Below are positions 39,990 to 52,002 of a stretch of DNA of 64,000 nucleotides, piece after piece. The notes below the pieces were generated by a model. That model worked only from the letters and a program-made list of their open reading frames with translations, was not told the origin of the DNA and searched no databases. Position 1 is the first letter of the stretch, and the number at the start of each line of letters is the position of its first letter. The DNA is from the human T2T-CHM13v2.0 reference genome, Homo sapiens. The translations under genes were made by a program, and so were the position numbers. Location: the NCBI RefSeq assembly GCF_009914755.1, contig NC_060926.1; one strand, given 5' to 3'.

Positions 39990-40250
39990 TCACCTTCACA
40001 GATGACTTGAAGTCCACCCATCCTCCCGTTGAGGTTTCCATTATATGTATAATCCTCTTAGGGCACTTGCTCACTCTGGAATGTGATACAGTTTGCAGGG
40101 TCTTCTCCCCCAATATACAGAAATCTTCTTCCAAGCAGGGAACTAGATTATATTCAACCTCACATTTCCTCTCACTCCTCACTCTGTACTGTGCAGCATA
40201 GTGCTTTCTACATAGGCAGTAGCTGGCAAACACTAGTGAAATTCAATAAA
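39990..40250 (+). mobile_element. L2 3' end
   Basis: cagcatagtgctttctacataggcagtagct tail with upstream tcttctcccc...aagcagggaac. Confidence 0.6.
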
Positions 40251-41169
40251 TCAAAGCATAGAAATTACAGAATATGCAAGCTAAAACAGAGCTTCGGGGT
40301 CACCTAGACCGAGCTCCTTCCCTTATTTCTCTTGGCTGGAGGCTATTGGCATCTTTTTGTGTTTGTATGTTCCATCTGCTATCAAACATTTTTATGACAT
40401 TTATTTCCTCATTATAGTCCTTATTGTGCTTTATTTATATATCTGTGAGGCACGGGAGAATTTCCAATTCTCCTTTCCCCTGCAAGCCTGCTCAGACTCC
40501 TAATGCCCATGACAGGCCCCCAGGGCTCCCGTGACAACACTACTCCCCACTTCCCTACGTGTCTCTCTGTCTCCTCTGTCCCTCCATCATCAATTTCAAA
40601 CTTCCTGCCCTGACATTCAAGGCCTCCTTACACTTTGAGTCTGTCTGTATCACCTCCCTTATTTTCTCTGGGTCTCATTCCCTAACTCCCACTCCCAATT
40701 CTGGGCATTTCTCCAAGTTTCTCCATATTCCTGGAACCATCATCCCACTCTCTCCCTCCCCCACCCCTCCTATCATCTGTCAAGACTTCCCCCATTTCTT
40801 TTATCTTCCCTAACCCTAAAAATTTTGAAAGAACTGTCTTTTGACACACTAAGTACATGTAGATTTGATATTCTATGAGCAAATATTGGCCCATGACTGT
40901 TCAACCATTGAAACATATACATAGGACAGATGTGAGAATACCTTGGTCTTTGCCACAGTGAAAATCATAAGCAAAGCTTTTAATATCAGACATGGTAAAG
41001 TGGGAAGGAAGCCTACCATCAAACAGAATTAAGCTGTCTTGATTTGCCCGCCTGGCCAACTTAACTCAAGAAGGATACAAATTATTTGGGGCTTGATCTA
41101 ACACCCTAATAGGTCTTTTGCTATTTCAGGTAAAGGGAAGGCTAGGCATTGGACAGATTTTTAAGGTGA

Positions 41170-41510
41170 GCTCTCATAGTTACTAGCTGCTGTGATTTTG
41201 GATAAATTATATAAACTCTCTAACATTGCTTCCTTACTTCCAAATAGAAATTATCTTAATAATAATACCTGATAATGAAACAAATTAACATGTACAAAAA
41301 CATCCATAACAAATTGTAAAATGCATGTAACTGACACTCGTAACCTTTCACAGCAGCATTTTTGAGTGCAGCTTGTGTCAGATTCTCAGTGATCGACTGT
41401 GGGAGAGCCTCCAGGTTCCCTCAGGACCTCAATTTCCTCATCTTTAATATTGGGGTAATAAACTCCTGCCTTGCTTATCTCAATAAGCTGTTTTGAAGAT
41501 ACCCTAAGAG
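41170..41510 (+). mobile_element. Two MIR fragments
   Basis: ttactagctgctgtgattttggataaatta; cctcaatttcctcatctttaatattggggtaata. Confidence 0.6.
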
Positions 41511-42709
41511 AAAAGAAATGGACAATTTAACTCAGGAAGGTGTGAGTTTGAATCAAATTTTCAGAATTTATCCATCAACCCAACAACCTATTGTGTCATT
41601 GAGTGAGTTTAGGGCATAATTTGCTGATTTAGGGAGTTCAGGTACTGGTAACTGATTATGGAAAACTCTGTGATAGACTCTTCTCCGTTCTCTTCAAGTA
41701 AAGCAATATTGCAATTCTAAATTAGAATACTTTAATAGATTACTTGGCAGTTTTGCCTGCCCTCAGTGTTTGGAGGAGGGCAGAGGCACCAAAGAAGCAC
41801 AACAGCAGGGAATATTAGTTGTCTGTTGTTGTGTAACAAATTACCATAAACTTACAAGCTTAAATAACAAATTTGTTATCTCACAGTGTCTGTAAGTCGG
41901 AGTCCTAGTACATTGTAACTTGGTTCTCTGCTTAGGGTCTCATGGGAGAAAGTGGGTCTTGCTGGCCAGGCAGGGGTCTCATCTAGGGACTCTGGGGAAG
42001 AAATTACTCCCAAACTCACCCAGGTTGTTGCCAAATTAGTTACCTTAGATTACTGGTTGTTGGAATAAGGTCCCCATTTCCCTGCTGGCTGCCAGTCAGG
42101 GGTTCTCTCTGCTCCTATAGGCTGCGCATATTCCCCTTCATGCTTTCTATAGGGCCCTCCATCTTTGTAGCAGCCAGGGTTTATTCAGGACTCACACTTC
42201 AAATCCCTCCAACTTCTCTTTCAGCCTCCAGCTGGAAAAAGCTCTCTGCTGTTAAGGACTCACATGATTATATCAGGCCCACTTGGATAACTCATTATTT
42301 ATAAAAGCAAATGTATTGTGATGGTTTCCACTGAACTGGGAAACAGGGTTCCCAGATTAAACATTATTTCTGTGTGTTTCTTTGAGAGTGTTTCCAGATT
42401 ATATCAAAATTTAAATTGGTGGACTAGGTGAAGCAGGTGACCCTGCCCAATGTGAGTGAGCTTCATCCAATCCAGTGAGAGCCTGAATAGAACAAAAAGG
42501 TGGAGGAAGGGAGAATTTATTCTCTCTCTGCCTGACAGCTTGTGCTGAGACATCACTCCTCTGCCCTCGACTAGAAATTGTGCCATTGACCCTCCAGTTC
42601 TCAGAACAACAGCACCAACTCCCTGTGTTTCCAGCTTGCAGGCAGCAGATCATGGGACTTCTCAGCCTCTGTAATTACTTGAGCAGCAAATTCTTTATAA
42701 TAAACAGGT

Positions 42710-42913
42710 ATCAACTTCTTTTGAAAAGTCAAAAGATCTGGCAACACTGTGCCCATTTCTCCCCATGACAATAACAGGCTGGTGCCTCCTTGAAGCAGCT
42801 TGTGCAGCTCCAATTGTTGTAGTTCCATTACTCACTTTTGTGTTGCACCTGGTCTATTCACTCTCTCATGTCACTTGCCTGCTCCTTGAAGGCTTTTGGG
42901 CTGGCACCACTTG
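42710..42913. mobile_element. MER102-like hAT-Charlie fragment
   Basis: ttttgaaaagtcaaaagatctggcaacactg ... tcacttgcctgctccttgaaggcttttggg. Confidence 0.6.
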
Positions 42914-42914
42914 A

Positions 42915-43020
42915 TCTTGTTTAACCAACTCATTTTACCGATAAGAAAGCTGAGTAACAGAGAGATTAAATAGTATGTTCAGACAGCAAGGACAAGTCTC
43001 CTAACCCATGCCACGCCACC
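42915..43020 (-). mobile_element. MIR fragment
   Basis: ctcattttaccgataagaaagctgagtaacagagagattaaatag. Confidence 0.75.
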
Positions 43021-43413
43021 AAATTTCTTAGTGTAAATTTTGCTGTAAGCAATATGTCTTTTTTAAAAAAAAATTCAACTTGTATTATAGATTAAAGGGT
43101 TCATGTGCAGGCTTTTTGTACATTTTCCTATTTTTAAAAGTTTGTATAGGCCAAACAGTATTTAGTCTGTGAGTGGTCAGTTTGAAATCCTTTAAATAAG
43201 TATATCTTTAAGCCACCTGCAACTGAAAAAATATATATATTTCTGTTTTTCATTTAGAGATATAAACTTAGGTATGAATACTGTAATACGGAACATATTT
43301 ATTGCATACATTGGGAAAACATCTCCTTTAAGGTATGGTTGTCCTAGGTACACAAAATATTTTTTGTCTTCCCTTAGGTGGTTTGTTTATCCAACACTCC
43401 ATTTGGTTTAGAA

Positions 43414-43497
43414 AAACCTCCTTATTTGCTTCAAGGAAATCAATAAAGACTCTCTAAACCTCCTTATTTGCTTCAAGGAAATCAATAAAGACTCTCT
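43414..43497. repeat. Perfect 42-bp tandem duplication
   Basis: aaacctccttatttgcttcaaggaaatcaataaagactctct x2 (43414-43455, 43456-43497). Confidence 0.97.
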
Positions 43498-44479
43498 CTC
43501 TGTCTCTCTCTCTCTTCCTATCTGTGTAAGAATAGGTGTGTGTATATATACATATATATCTCCCATAGGTTTCTTTTTCTGAAACCCCCTAATACATGTA
43601 CCATATAGCATAACACAAAATCACAAGAATATTTCATCGTATTTACAAATTTAGGGTATTATGTCAGGATATCTCAGGGAGGAAGAGGTCATTTTAGAAA
43701 TTCTGTTTACCACACTGAAGCATACATTCTTCCAGTTCATGGAGAATTTTCAGTATCCAAGTGATATTACATAGAAGGTGACATCTCCTAAGAATAAGAA
43801 GACTTGGAGTGAGAAGGAAGTTTCCAGTAAACAAATGGGAAAACCTTCAATTGCACTAACAAATTCTCTGCAGTTGCTGATAGAATAAAACTACAGGAAA
43901 GGCACAGATAATCTAGCAAGGAGAAAAAGAAAGGAAAACATAAACAAAGTTTTGTTAGAAAGGATCCAAAAAAACCAACCCCGAGCTTAAATATACTGAC
44001 ACAAACAACATGAAACAAATGAAAAAAAACGGAGCCATAAAGGGAAAGAAACCATGCAAGAGAATAATCAGCGAGGAGGCCAAGAGCACAGAGACCAGAG
44101 AGAGGATGAATACAGAACAGAGAGTCCTGAATGAGAATTCCCAGATGATAGAAAACACCAAGTAAACAAATACCCAGCTCGGAGTCAAGAAACTGCTTCA
44201 AGGCTAAGAAGTTCCAAGATTTAGAAAGTGGGGGTGGTAGTGATAGGGTGGAACCAGGAGATTTCACTGTATATCAAACTAGTTGATTGTAAAGAGGAAG
44301 TCATATATTAGCTATGAATAGTAGAGCAAAATGATCCCATTAAAAGGAAATATAGGCAGCAAGGTTGAAAATTAGACGTCCTACAGTAGGTATCATTTAA
44401 TCTTCACAGAATCCTGTGCTATTACAACTATTTGTCTTTACCTTCTACCTAATTCAAGAAAAATAAATTATAAGATATT

Positions 44480-44650
44480 AAAGATGAAAAGAACCCTTAG
44501 GGATCAGCTAGTCTAGCCTGTTTTTACAAACTGGTAAACTATGGGCCAGGGAAGGAAATAAAATGAACTGCGTCAAACAGTGAAACTCAAGACAGTCAAG
44601 TCTAGGGAAACCTGCCTTTTAAGTCCCAGCCCATGCTCTTTCTAGCACAG
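44480..44650 (-). mobile_element. MIR SINE
   Basis: gaacccttagggatcagctagtctagcc...ttttacaaactggtaaactatgggccagg. Confidence 0.65.
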
Positions 44651-44927
44651 GGGGCTATGGACCTCTCTTTTGCTGGATAACCTAAGCATCAAAGATAAAG
44701 CTTATGCTGTTTAGTAGACAGGAACCAAAAAGTAGGTTTCGCCCAAGATTGCATCCTCTGTTAAAAAAAAAAAAAAATCGTGAGTGTTCTTTTAGGAAAT
44801 TTTTTAAAGTCTATACTTGTATATTTCATGCTACCCCAAACTCTTTCTTAGGAAGAGTATTTATGTTTTCATGCAAAAAATTTTGGAATAAAATTGTGAT
44901 TTTATTTCAATTATTAATGGCTTTTAA

Positions 44928-45297
<370 letters not shown>

Positions 45298-45544
45298 TTA
45301 AATAACTTTATATGGTAAATAAAGGTTTAGCCCCCATCAAATGCTATTATGTGTGAAGAGTGAATAATTGTAAGGCAATATGTGGTCTACACATGAACTC
45401 ATACAGCCACCGGATAAATAACCATATGAAAATATGTAAGAACCTCCATTGCTGGACCTCAGTTTCTATCTGTGAAAAGTAGAATTTGAAGTACATTATT
45501 TATACTTCCCATTTTAGTGCTAACGTACTATGACTTTAGGAATA

Positions 45545-45650
45545 TGTGCCACACATATGGCTGTTTGGGTATGCCCTGCAAACTTCCAGGGGGCACCATT
45601 CTCATTGCAGTCTGCTTGAATGTGCCCCCTGAAGTTATGGAGTATGAAAG
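45545..45650. mobile_element. MER91-like hAT MITE (palindromic)
   Basis: aacttccagggggcaccattc ... gaatgtgccccctgaagtt inverted arms. Confidence 0.75.
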
Positions 45651-46530
45651 ATGAGATGTGATACTTGGTGTTATACAGAAAAAAAAAATACATCTCAAAA
45701 GGGAACAGTATAATATATGGAAGATAGTATTAGACCATCAGCCTAATAAAGCATCATCTCACATTTAGCTACAATCCTCCAGAACTTCCCTCATTATGGC
45801 TAAAAATAGAAGATATTATTTTGTTCTGGCTGAGAAGAGCCCTTTTGCTATTTAGATACCATCCTAATTTAGTGAGAATCCGGCTCCATAACTGTCCAGC
45901 TTGCAGTCAGGAGCATGGGAATGCACCCAACAACAGTTGGAGAAAGGAGAGTATAGTGATGAGCTCAGGCGTCTAAACATAGATATAAGACGAGCCAAAA
46001 ATTGAGGAGGAGGTTGCACAAGGAACAGTCCAGTGAAAAGGCAGCATATCCTGTGGGCATGCACAGAGGCATGAAAAACTGAGAATTAAAAATACACAAC
46101 ATTAACCCAGCTAATTAATTAATTAATAACTTGAATTTGAGGCATATCCCTACATGGGCATGTTCTTTGGTTTTGATTCTTATAATAACAAATACTGTTT
46201 TGAGTCATAACCTATGAAAAAGACTCTTTTCAGATTCTGAGCTTACCCAGGGCAAAGTAATAGGGAAGGTATTTGAGGTCTCCATTCTAAGACAGACAGA
46301 GACATTAGTAGATAGAGTTATAGATTAAGAGAGGGAAAGAGAAAGAGGGAGAAAGGGGAAGAGAGACCCAGAGCAAACATGTGAAGGATCTCTTACAGAT
46401 TTAACTGTTTTTTTTCAGTTTCATAAACGTCAAATCTCTCTCTAGATGAGGTCTAACATGGGCTACTGGAAGAGCACATGCCATTTCCTATGCTGAAGCT
46501 AATGACCACAGCAACAACACTTTGCACTCA

Positions 46531-47046
<516 letters not shown>

Positions 47047-47299
47047 TCATTATCAACGATTTTTTCATTCAAAAATGCATGTAATAAAAATACATGTATT
47101 ATGATCTAGGTGCTGGGAATGAACACAACCTTAGAAAATAGAACCACTCTGCTCACTGAAGTATTGAAACATTGCATAATATTTAATAATTGTTTCAGGA
47201 ACGTTAACAAGTAATGACACAAGATCTTTGAAGCCATGGATTCCTGCCTTCTGCAGTGGGAGTGATATCTTTAAGTGTTCTTCCCATTGCTGACCTGCA

Positions 47300-47420
47300 G
47301 CCACATGAGGATTAAATGAAATGAGATAACAGCTACAAGGTACATTGCCAAGGTGGCTTCCTTTATCAGTATGGATGTGCCTTGGCGCACCAGAAGTGCT
47401 CAATAATGTTCATCTGTTAA
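47300..47420 (+). mobile_element. MIR 3' fragment
   Basis: tgaggattaaatgaaat...gtgccttggcgcaccagaagtgctcaataatgtt. Confidence 0.65.
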
Positions 47421-47840
47421 TTCATGGACTCACGTATTTTCCATTGCTCAATTCCTTTAATTTACATTACCTCTCCTTTCTTACATAAATCTCTTTGCTC
47501 ATGAAGATGGTAAGCTGTGTGTTTCAGGTACACACATGAAACATCCTGAAACCTGATCCCATTTCAATGAGGCCACACTTTCCCTGCTCCAGCCACCAAG
47601 AACTAAGTCCAGAAGATGCTGCTTGAAGTTCAGATATGGAAACCAGACAAATGGCTTTAGACTACAAGCAAAAAATCAGTCATTAAGTGCTAGTTGCTGT
47701 TTTCCCACCTGTTTTCCTTGCTTGAGCCTTCCCATCCAGATCCTCCACCTCTACACCTACCTGGTTAAAAATGTCAGCACTGGGGGGCATATTTACTTAG
47801 CCATCTACTTCCTGGCTCTTGGATTCTGTTTGCTAGGTCC

Positions 47841-47848
47841 TGACGTCA
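47841..47848. promoter_or_regulatory. Full CRE palindrome TGACGTCA
   Basis: Exact motif with intact CpG; CCAAT at 47864-47868. Confidence 0.35.
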
Positions 47849-48394
47849 TCCCCAGGCTGGAAGCCAATGTTTGCACTGGGTGGGAGTAAAGGGAGGCATA
47901 AACAGAATCAACCCGCTTGTGCTTTAAAAAATCAGGCTAGAATTATATACATATTTCATGTCAGAAAAATAAAATGTGTCTTGGCGGTGGATGGGAAGTT
48001 GGAGCACTTGGACTGGGAGTGGAGAGTTGGCAGATGTGTTCCCCTTTTCCTTGGCCCCCCGCCTGACAATCATTCAACCTTTTACTCTTAGAGTCAGCTC
48101 CTTCCCCCTCCTCTGAGGCCTTCCAAGTGCTACAGCATCCTTGCCGTCATCCTTAGCGTGACTTGAAAAGGAAGACAGCGCTGTTACAAAATGGTGTACA
48201 TTCTCTAAATTATATAAGTCTTGTGTTCATGTCACTGGAGTGAACCCCAATTTTGCTTTAATCGGAAAGCCAGGTTCAGAAAACAAGACCAATTCACACA
48301 AGAATGAGGTTATCTAAATGAGAACGTTTAGAAATCAACCACTTAACCAGAAATGGAGTTCCCATTTCTCAGGTTCATCAAGTACTAAGAAGAC

Positions 48395-48574
48395 TTTTTA
48401 ATTATTTATTAATTTATTATTTTTTTGAGACAGGGTCTTGCTCTGTCCCCCAGGCCAGGAGTACAGTGGTACGATCATGGCTCACTGCAGTCTCGAATTT
48501 CTGGGCTTAAGTGATCCTTCCACCTCAGCCTCCCGAGTTGCTAGGATTACAGGCATGAGCCACCATGCCCAGCT
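48395..48574 (-). mobile_element. Alu monomer (FRAM / AluJ right-arm type)
   Basis: Single arm gagacagggtcttgctctgtc...gatcatggctcactgcag...gagccaccatgcccagct with T-rich tail. Confidence 0.88.
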
Positions 48575-51079
48575 GAAGAGTATAATTTGCAAAAAATTTA
48601 ACTACATTTCTCTTAGCTCCTTTGTTCTCTTCAAACTCAAGTGGATCTGTTTCTCAATTCCTGGTCTTTCCTGAGACCTCCCAGGATTGCAGTGTCTCCT
48701 GAGTTTTTATCAGTACATCCTGTGGCCTTCGTCCTAATCCTGCCACCTCTCCCTTCACGGGCCAGCTCCCAGTGCTTCCCATGGGATTCCTAGGAAAGAC
48801 CACTCCACTGTATTTCTCCTATATCTTCAAATTCCAGAAAGTGTTCTTTCTCCTACACTATAGTCTCTGGAACCCTGCAGACTTGTGATGATGGTGTTGC
48901 TTGTGTTGATGTGACCCCCACGGCCCCATGGTTGTTGTAGGAGGTACTGAAAAACATTTTATGCACCTACATGACAGCTTCTAGACCCTTGCTTTCCCAC
49001 CCTCCTGAACATAACTCTCCTTCATTGAGGCTCATGACACCAGCCAGCTCTCCTCATCCATATGTCGATCATCTGCCAGACTCTATGGAGTCCATTTTCT
49101 CATGCTTAGCACCCCTTTGTAGCCTGGCAGGAAGTCTGGCTCCCCACCTTCAATCTTGAAACTGCTTTGGGAAATTTCACCATCCATAATCCTAAAACCT
49201 TGCTAATTCAAATGGCTTTAGACTCTCCTCTAACCTAAACAATCCACTCCAAAAACCATAAGCCAGGTCACAGAACTCTTCAACTCTTAGAAAGCCCCTG
49301 ACTTCCACCAAAACACTATATTTAGAAACCTGACCTCACTAGCTGTGTTTAAACAGTGCAACAATCTAGTTTACTATGGAAAGAGATTTTTCCAATTAAG
49401 GTTGTGTGTTCAGAGTTTCCTTCTACTGATATTAAAATAAAAACAAACACTATAGTAAACCCCAAACAAAATGTTTTGTCTGGAGAGAAGGAAAGCAATG
49501 GGCACCACAGAAAAAATCATGAGTGTAGGGGGCCTTTCGTCCTATATGAATCACTCACCCCTCTGTAATTGTAAGAACAAATTCAATACTAAACAGCAAA
49601 TAATTTGGATGCATCTCATTTCTTCTTCAGGAAAAAGATAGCATTTCTGCTGAGGCTTCATGAAGTGGGAGGGAAGGATAAAATGAGAATGTCTACATGC
49701 TACGATTTCCTGGGTTGTCTGTTGTGAAGAACACAGTGTATTCCAGGTCCCAGTCCCCTCTGTGGTCAGCCATCAGACGCAAGCTGAAGGTGACATGTTC
49801 TGTCACACTAAAAATGTACGTGCGCTATTCCCATTTGCTGTACTTTCTTTTGACATGACTGAAATAGGAGGCTGGGAAACTTGCCTTATCTAAAATTGAG
49901 TCCCAGATCTTGGCATTGTCTAAAGCAATCCAGGAATTCAAGTTACACTAATGTAATTTTACCTCTTGTGCCAAAAACAACTTTTGATTGGGTCTTCTAC
50001 ACTTACTTTATAGGCCGTACATTCTCCCCCAAATGTGACCACTGACGAACTAGCTTCAACTAATTTCTGAGAATTTTCAGGCCAAGGGAATAGCCCCAAA
50101 CACTCTGAGTTTAACTGACTTTTTTTTGAAGGGCTACGCCTCCCTTGGCTCTGTGTGTCAGCAGAATTAACCAATCTATATCATTTTTTATAGATTGTGA
50201 ACAGGAAGGACCTCAAGTCTGACCCCTGTCGGGCCCCAGTAAATCTCACAGCACCAAGTTAAAGACACTCCTCTGGGCTTTGTTTTTCTACCAGTCTATC
50301 ATCTCCTCCCATGCACTCTGGATTTTAGCAAAACTTTTCATCTGAGATTCACAGTGGGATTTTTTTTAACATGTGCTGATGATCCAAATAGGTTATTGCA
50401 TAGGATCCAATTTGTCACGTGACCTCCAGGAACATCCCACTGTTCTGCATTAAAACAGAATTCTGTCCTCTCATAAAAGAGTATATTTCCTTCTTGCATG
50501 TGCCTAGTAGCATTTTCCTTTTTAAACACCAATCTCATGGGATTTTTCCTTCTAGACTCCTCCTTTCTAGAGAAAGTATACCCACTTGTTCTTTATTTCA
50601 GTCTGAAAGAAAGTCATTCGAAGCAGGAAATTAGGCAATCACCAGTGATGTCTTCATTTATTTGAAGCTACTTTGTTTTCATTTGGTTTAGGGACTCGGG
50701 ATATTAATTTGAAAATCAAGAATTTATTTTGTAAAATGGTATACTCCCATATACTTTCACACAACTATATTATTCTTATATTAAAACCAATAGATAATGT
50801 TATCAAATAGAATGAGAAATAAACTCATGCATTTTGCAAAGAGATCAAGACTTCCAAGGTATTTTCAATATGTAGCTGTCAACTTCAGCCTTTCACCCCA
50901 GAAACTCTAGTTACATGTTTTGTCTTCTCTTCAGCAAACGGTAGGAGAAGCACATCTTTAAAAGTTTATCACAGAAGAAATGAGGAAGACGATGAAACAG
51001 AGGATCATGATGATTATCATAAACTAGCTGGGGATCCCTTGGACTTTAACTCAGAGCTCCACCCTCTTATTCTACAGAA

Positions 51080-52000
51080 CAAAGCAAAACAAAACAAAAT
51101 TGACAAATATAAAGAAAATTATAACTCATAATTCACAACCATGGATAAGTATTATTCATATTTTGGTGGATATCAGTTTTTATTATGAAAAATTGTATAT
51201 CATTGGGATCATAATTATACATAATTTGATATTGGCTCTTTACACAGAATAACATAACACAAGTATTTTTAATGTGGATAAAAATCTTAATATGTTGATA
51301 ATCTATTGCCTTATTAAGAAATATACCATAATTTAATGAATTACTTTTATTTTCCAGATTTTTAATATATTAAATGATGTAACATGAATACCTCTCTTTA
51401 TACTTCCCCCCATCCCCCATATTTCATAACTGACTCTTAGGATAAACTCCCAATGATCTGGATTAAGAGTATGAATATTGTAAGGTCCTTGAACATTTAT
51501 TGACAATTGTTTTACAGATAGCTTGTTAATTTACATTTACTCTAGGAACAGAGTAAAGCAAATAACTCATTAGACTATCATAAGCATTAGATTCTCTAAT
51601 TTTAAAAAAAAATTTTATTCTGAAAAAAGTTCAAAACTACAGAAGCAATTACAAGAATAGTGCAATAAACACCTCTAGGATCTTTATCTGTCTTCACCAA
51701 TTATTAGCATTTTTTCATGTTTGTTTTTAACGCATATTCTCTCTGACTATATATTACAATATTATTGTTTGCTGAACCATTTGAGAATAAGTTGCAGATA
51801 TAATTCTCTACCCCTAAAGATTTCCATTTTTATCTTCTGAAAAAATGATCTTATATTTTTATATTTTAAAATTAACTACATTTAACATTGATATAATATT
51901 ATTACCTAACATGTAGTCCCATATGTATAGTGTCCTAATGCTGTCCTTCATAGCATTTTGTTTTCTGATCTAGAATCCAGTCCAGGATTTAGTCATCTGG
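51080..52000 (-). mobile_element. Ancient L1M (ME then MB/MC-like) 3' fragments
   Basis: ttgctgaaccatttgagaataagttgcagata, atttaacattgatataatatt, ttgacaattgttttacagatagcttgttaatttacat. Confidence 0.7.
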
Positions 52001-52002
52001 TC

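Larger units (their letters stand above)
42317..43596 (+). mobile_element. MLT2 (C/D-like) ERVL solo LTR (42317-42704 and about 43491-43596)
   Basis: tgtgatggtt start, gagagcctgaatagaacaaaaagg, catgggacttctcagcctc, ctaataca end; 5-bp TSD tgtat/tgtac. Confidence 0.88.
41812..43714 (-). mobile_element. MLT1E-like MaLR LTR (41812-42316 and 43597-43714) interrupted by MLT2
   Basis: gtgtaacaaattaccataaactt start; consensus continuity across aaagcaaatgta(t/c)catatagcataac; ends aattctgtttaccaca. Confidence 0.85.

Noticed and set aside
43788-44267. 159-aa hydrophobic ORF resembling a membrane protein
   Set aside because: Shadow of a purine-rich plus strand; T/C-rich codons give Leu/Phe/Ser and few stops
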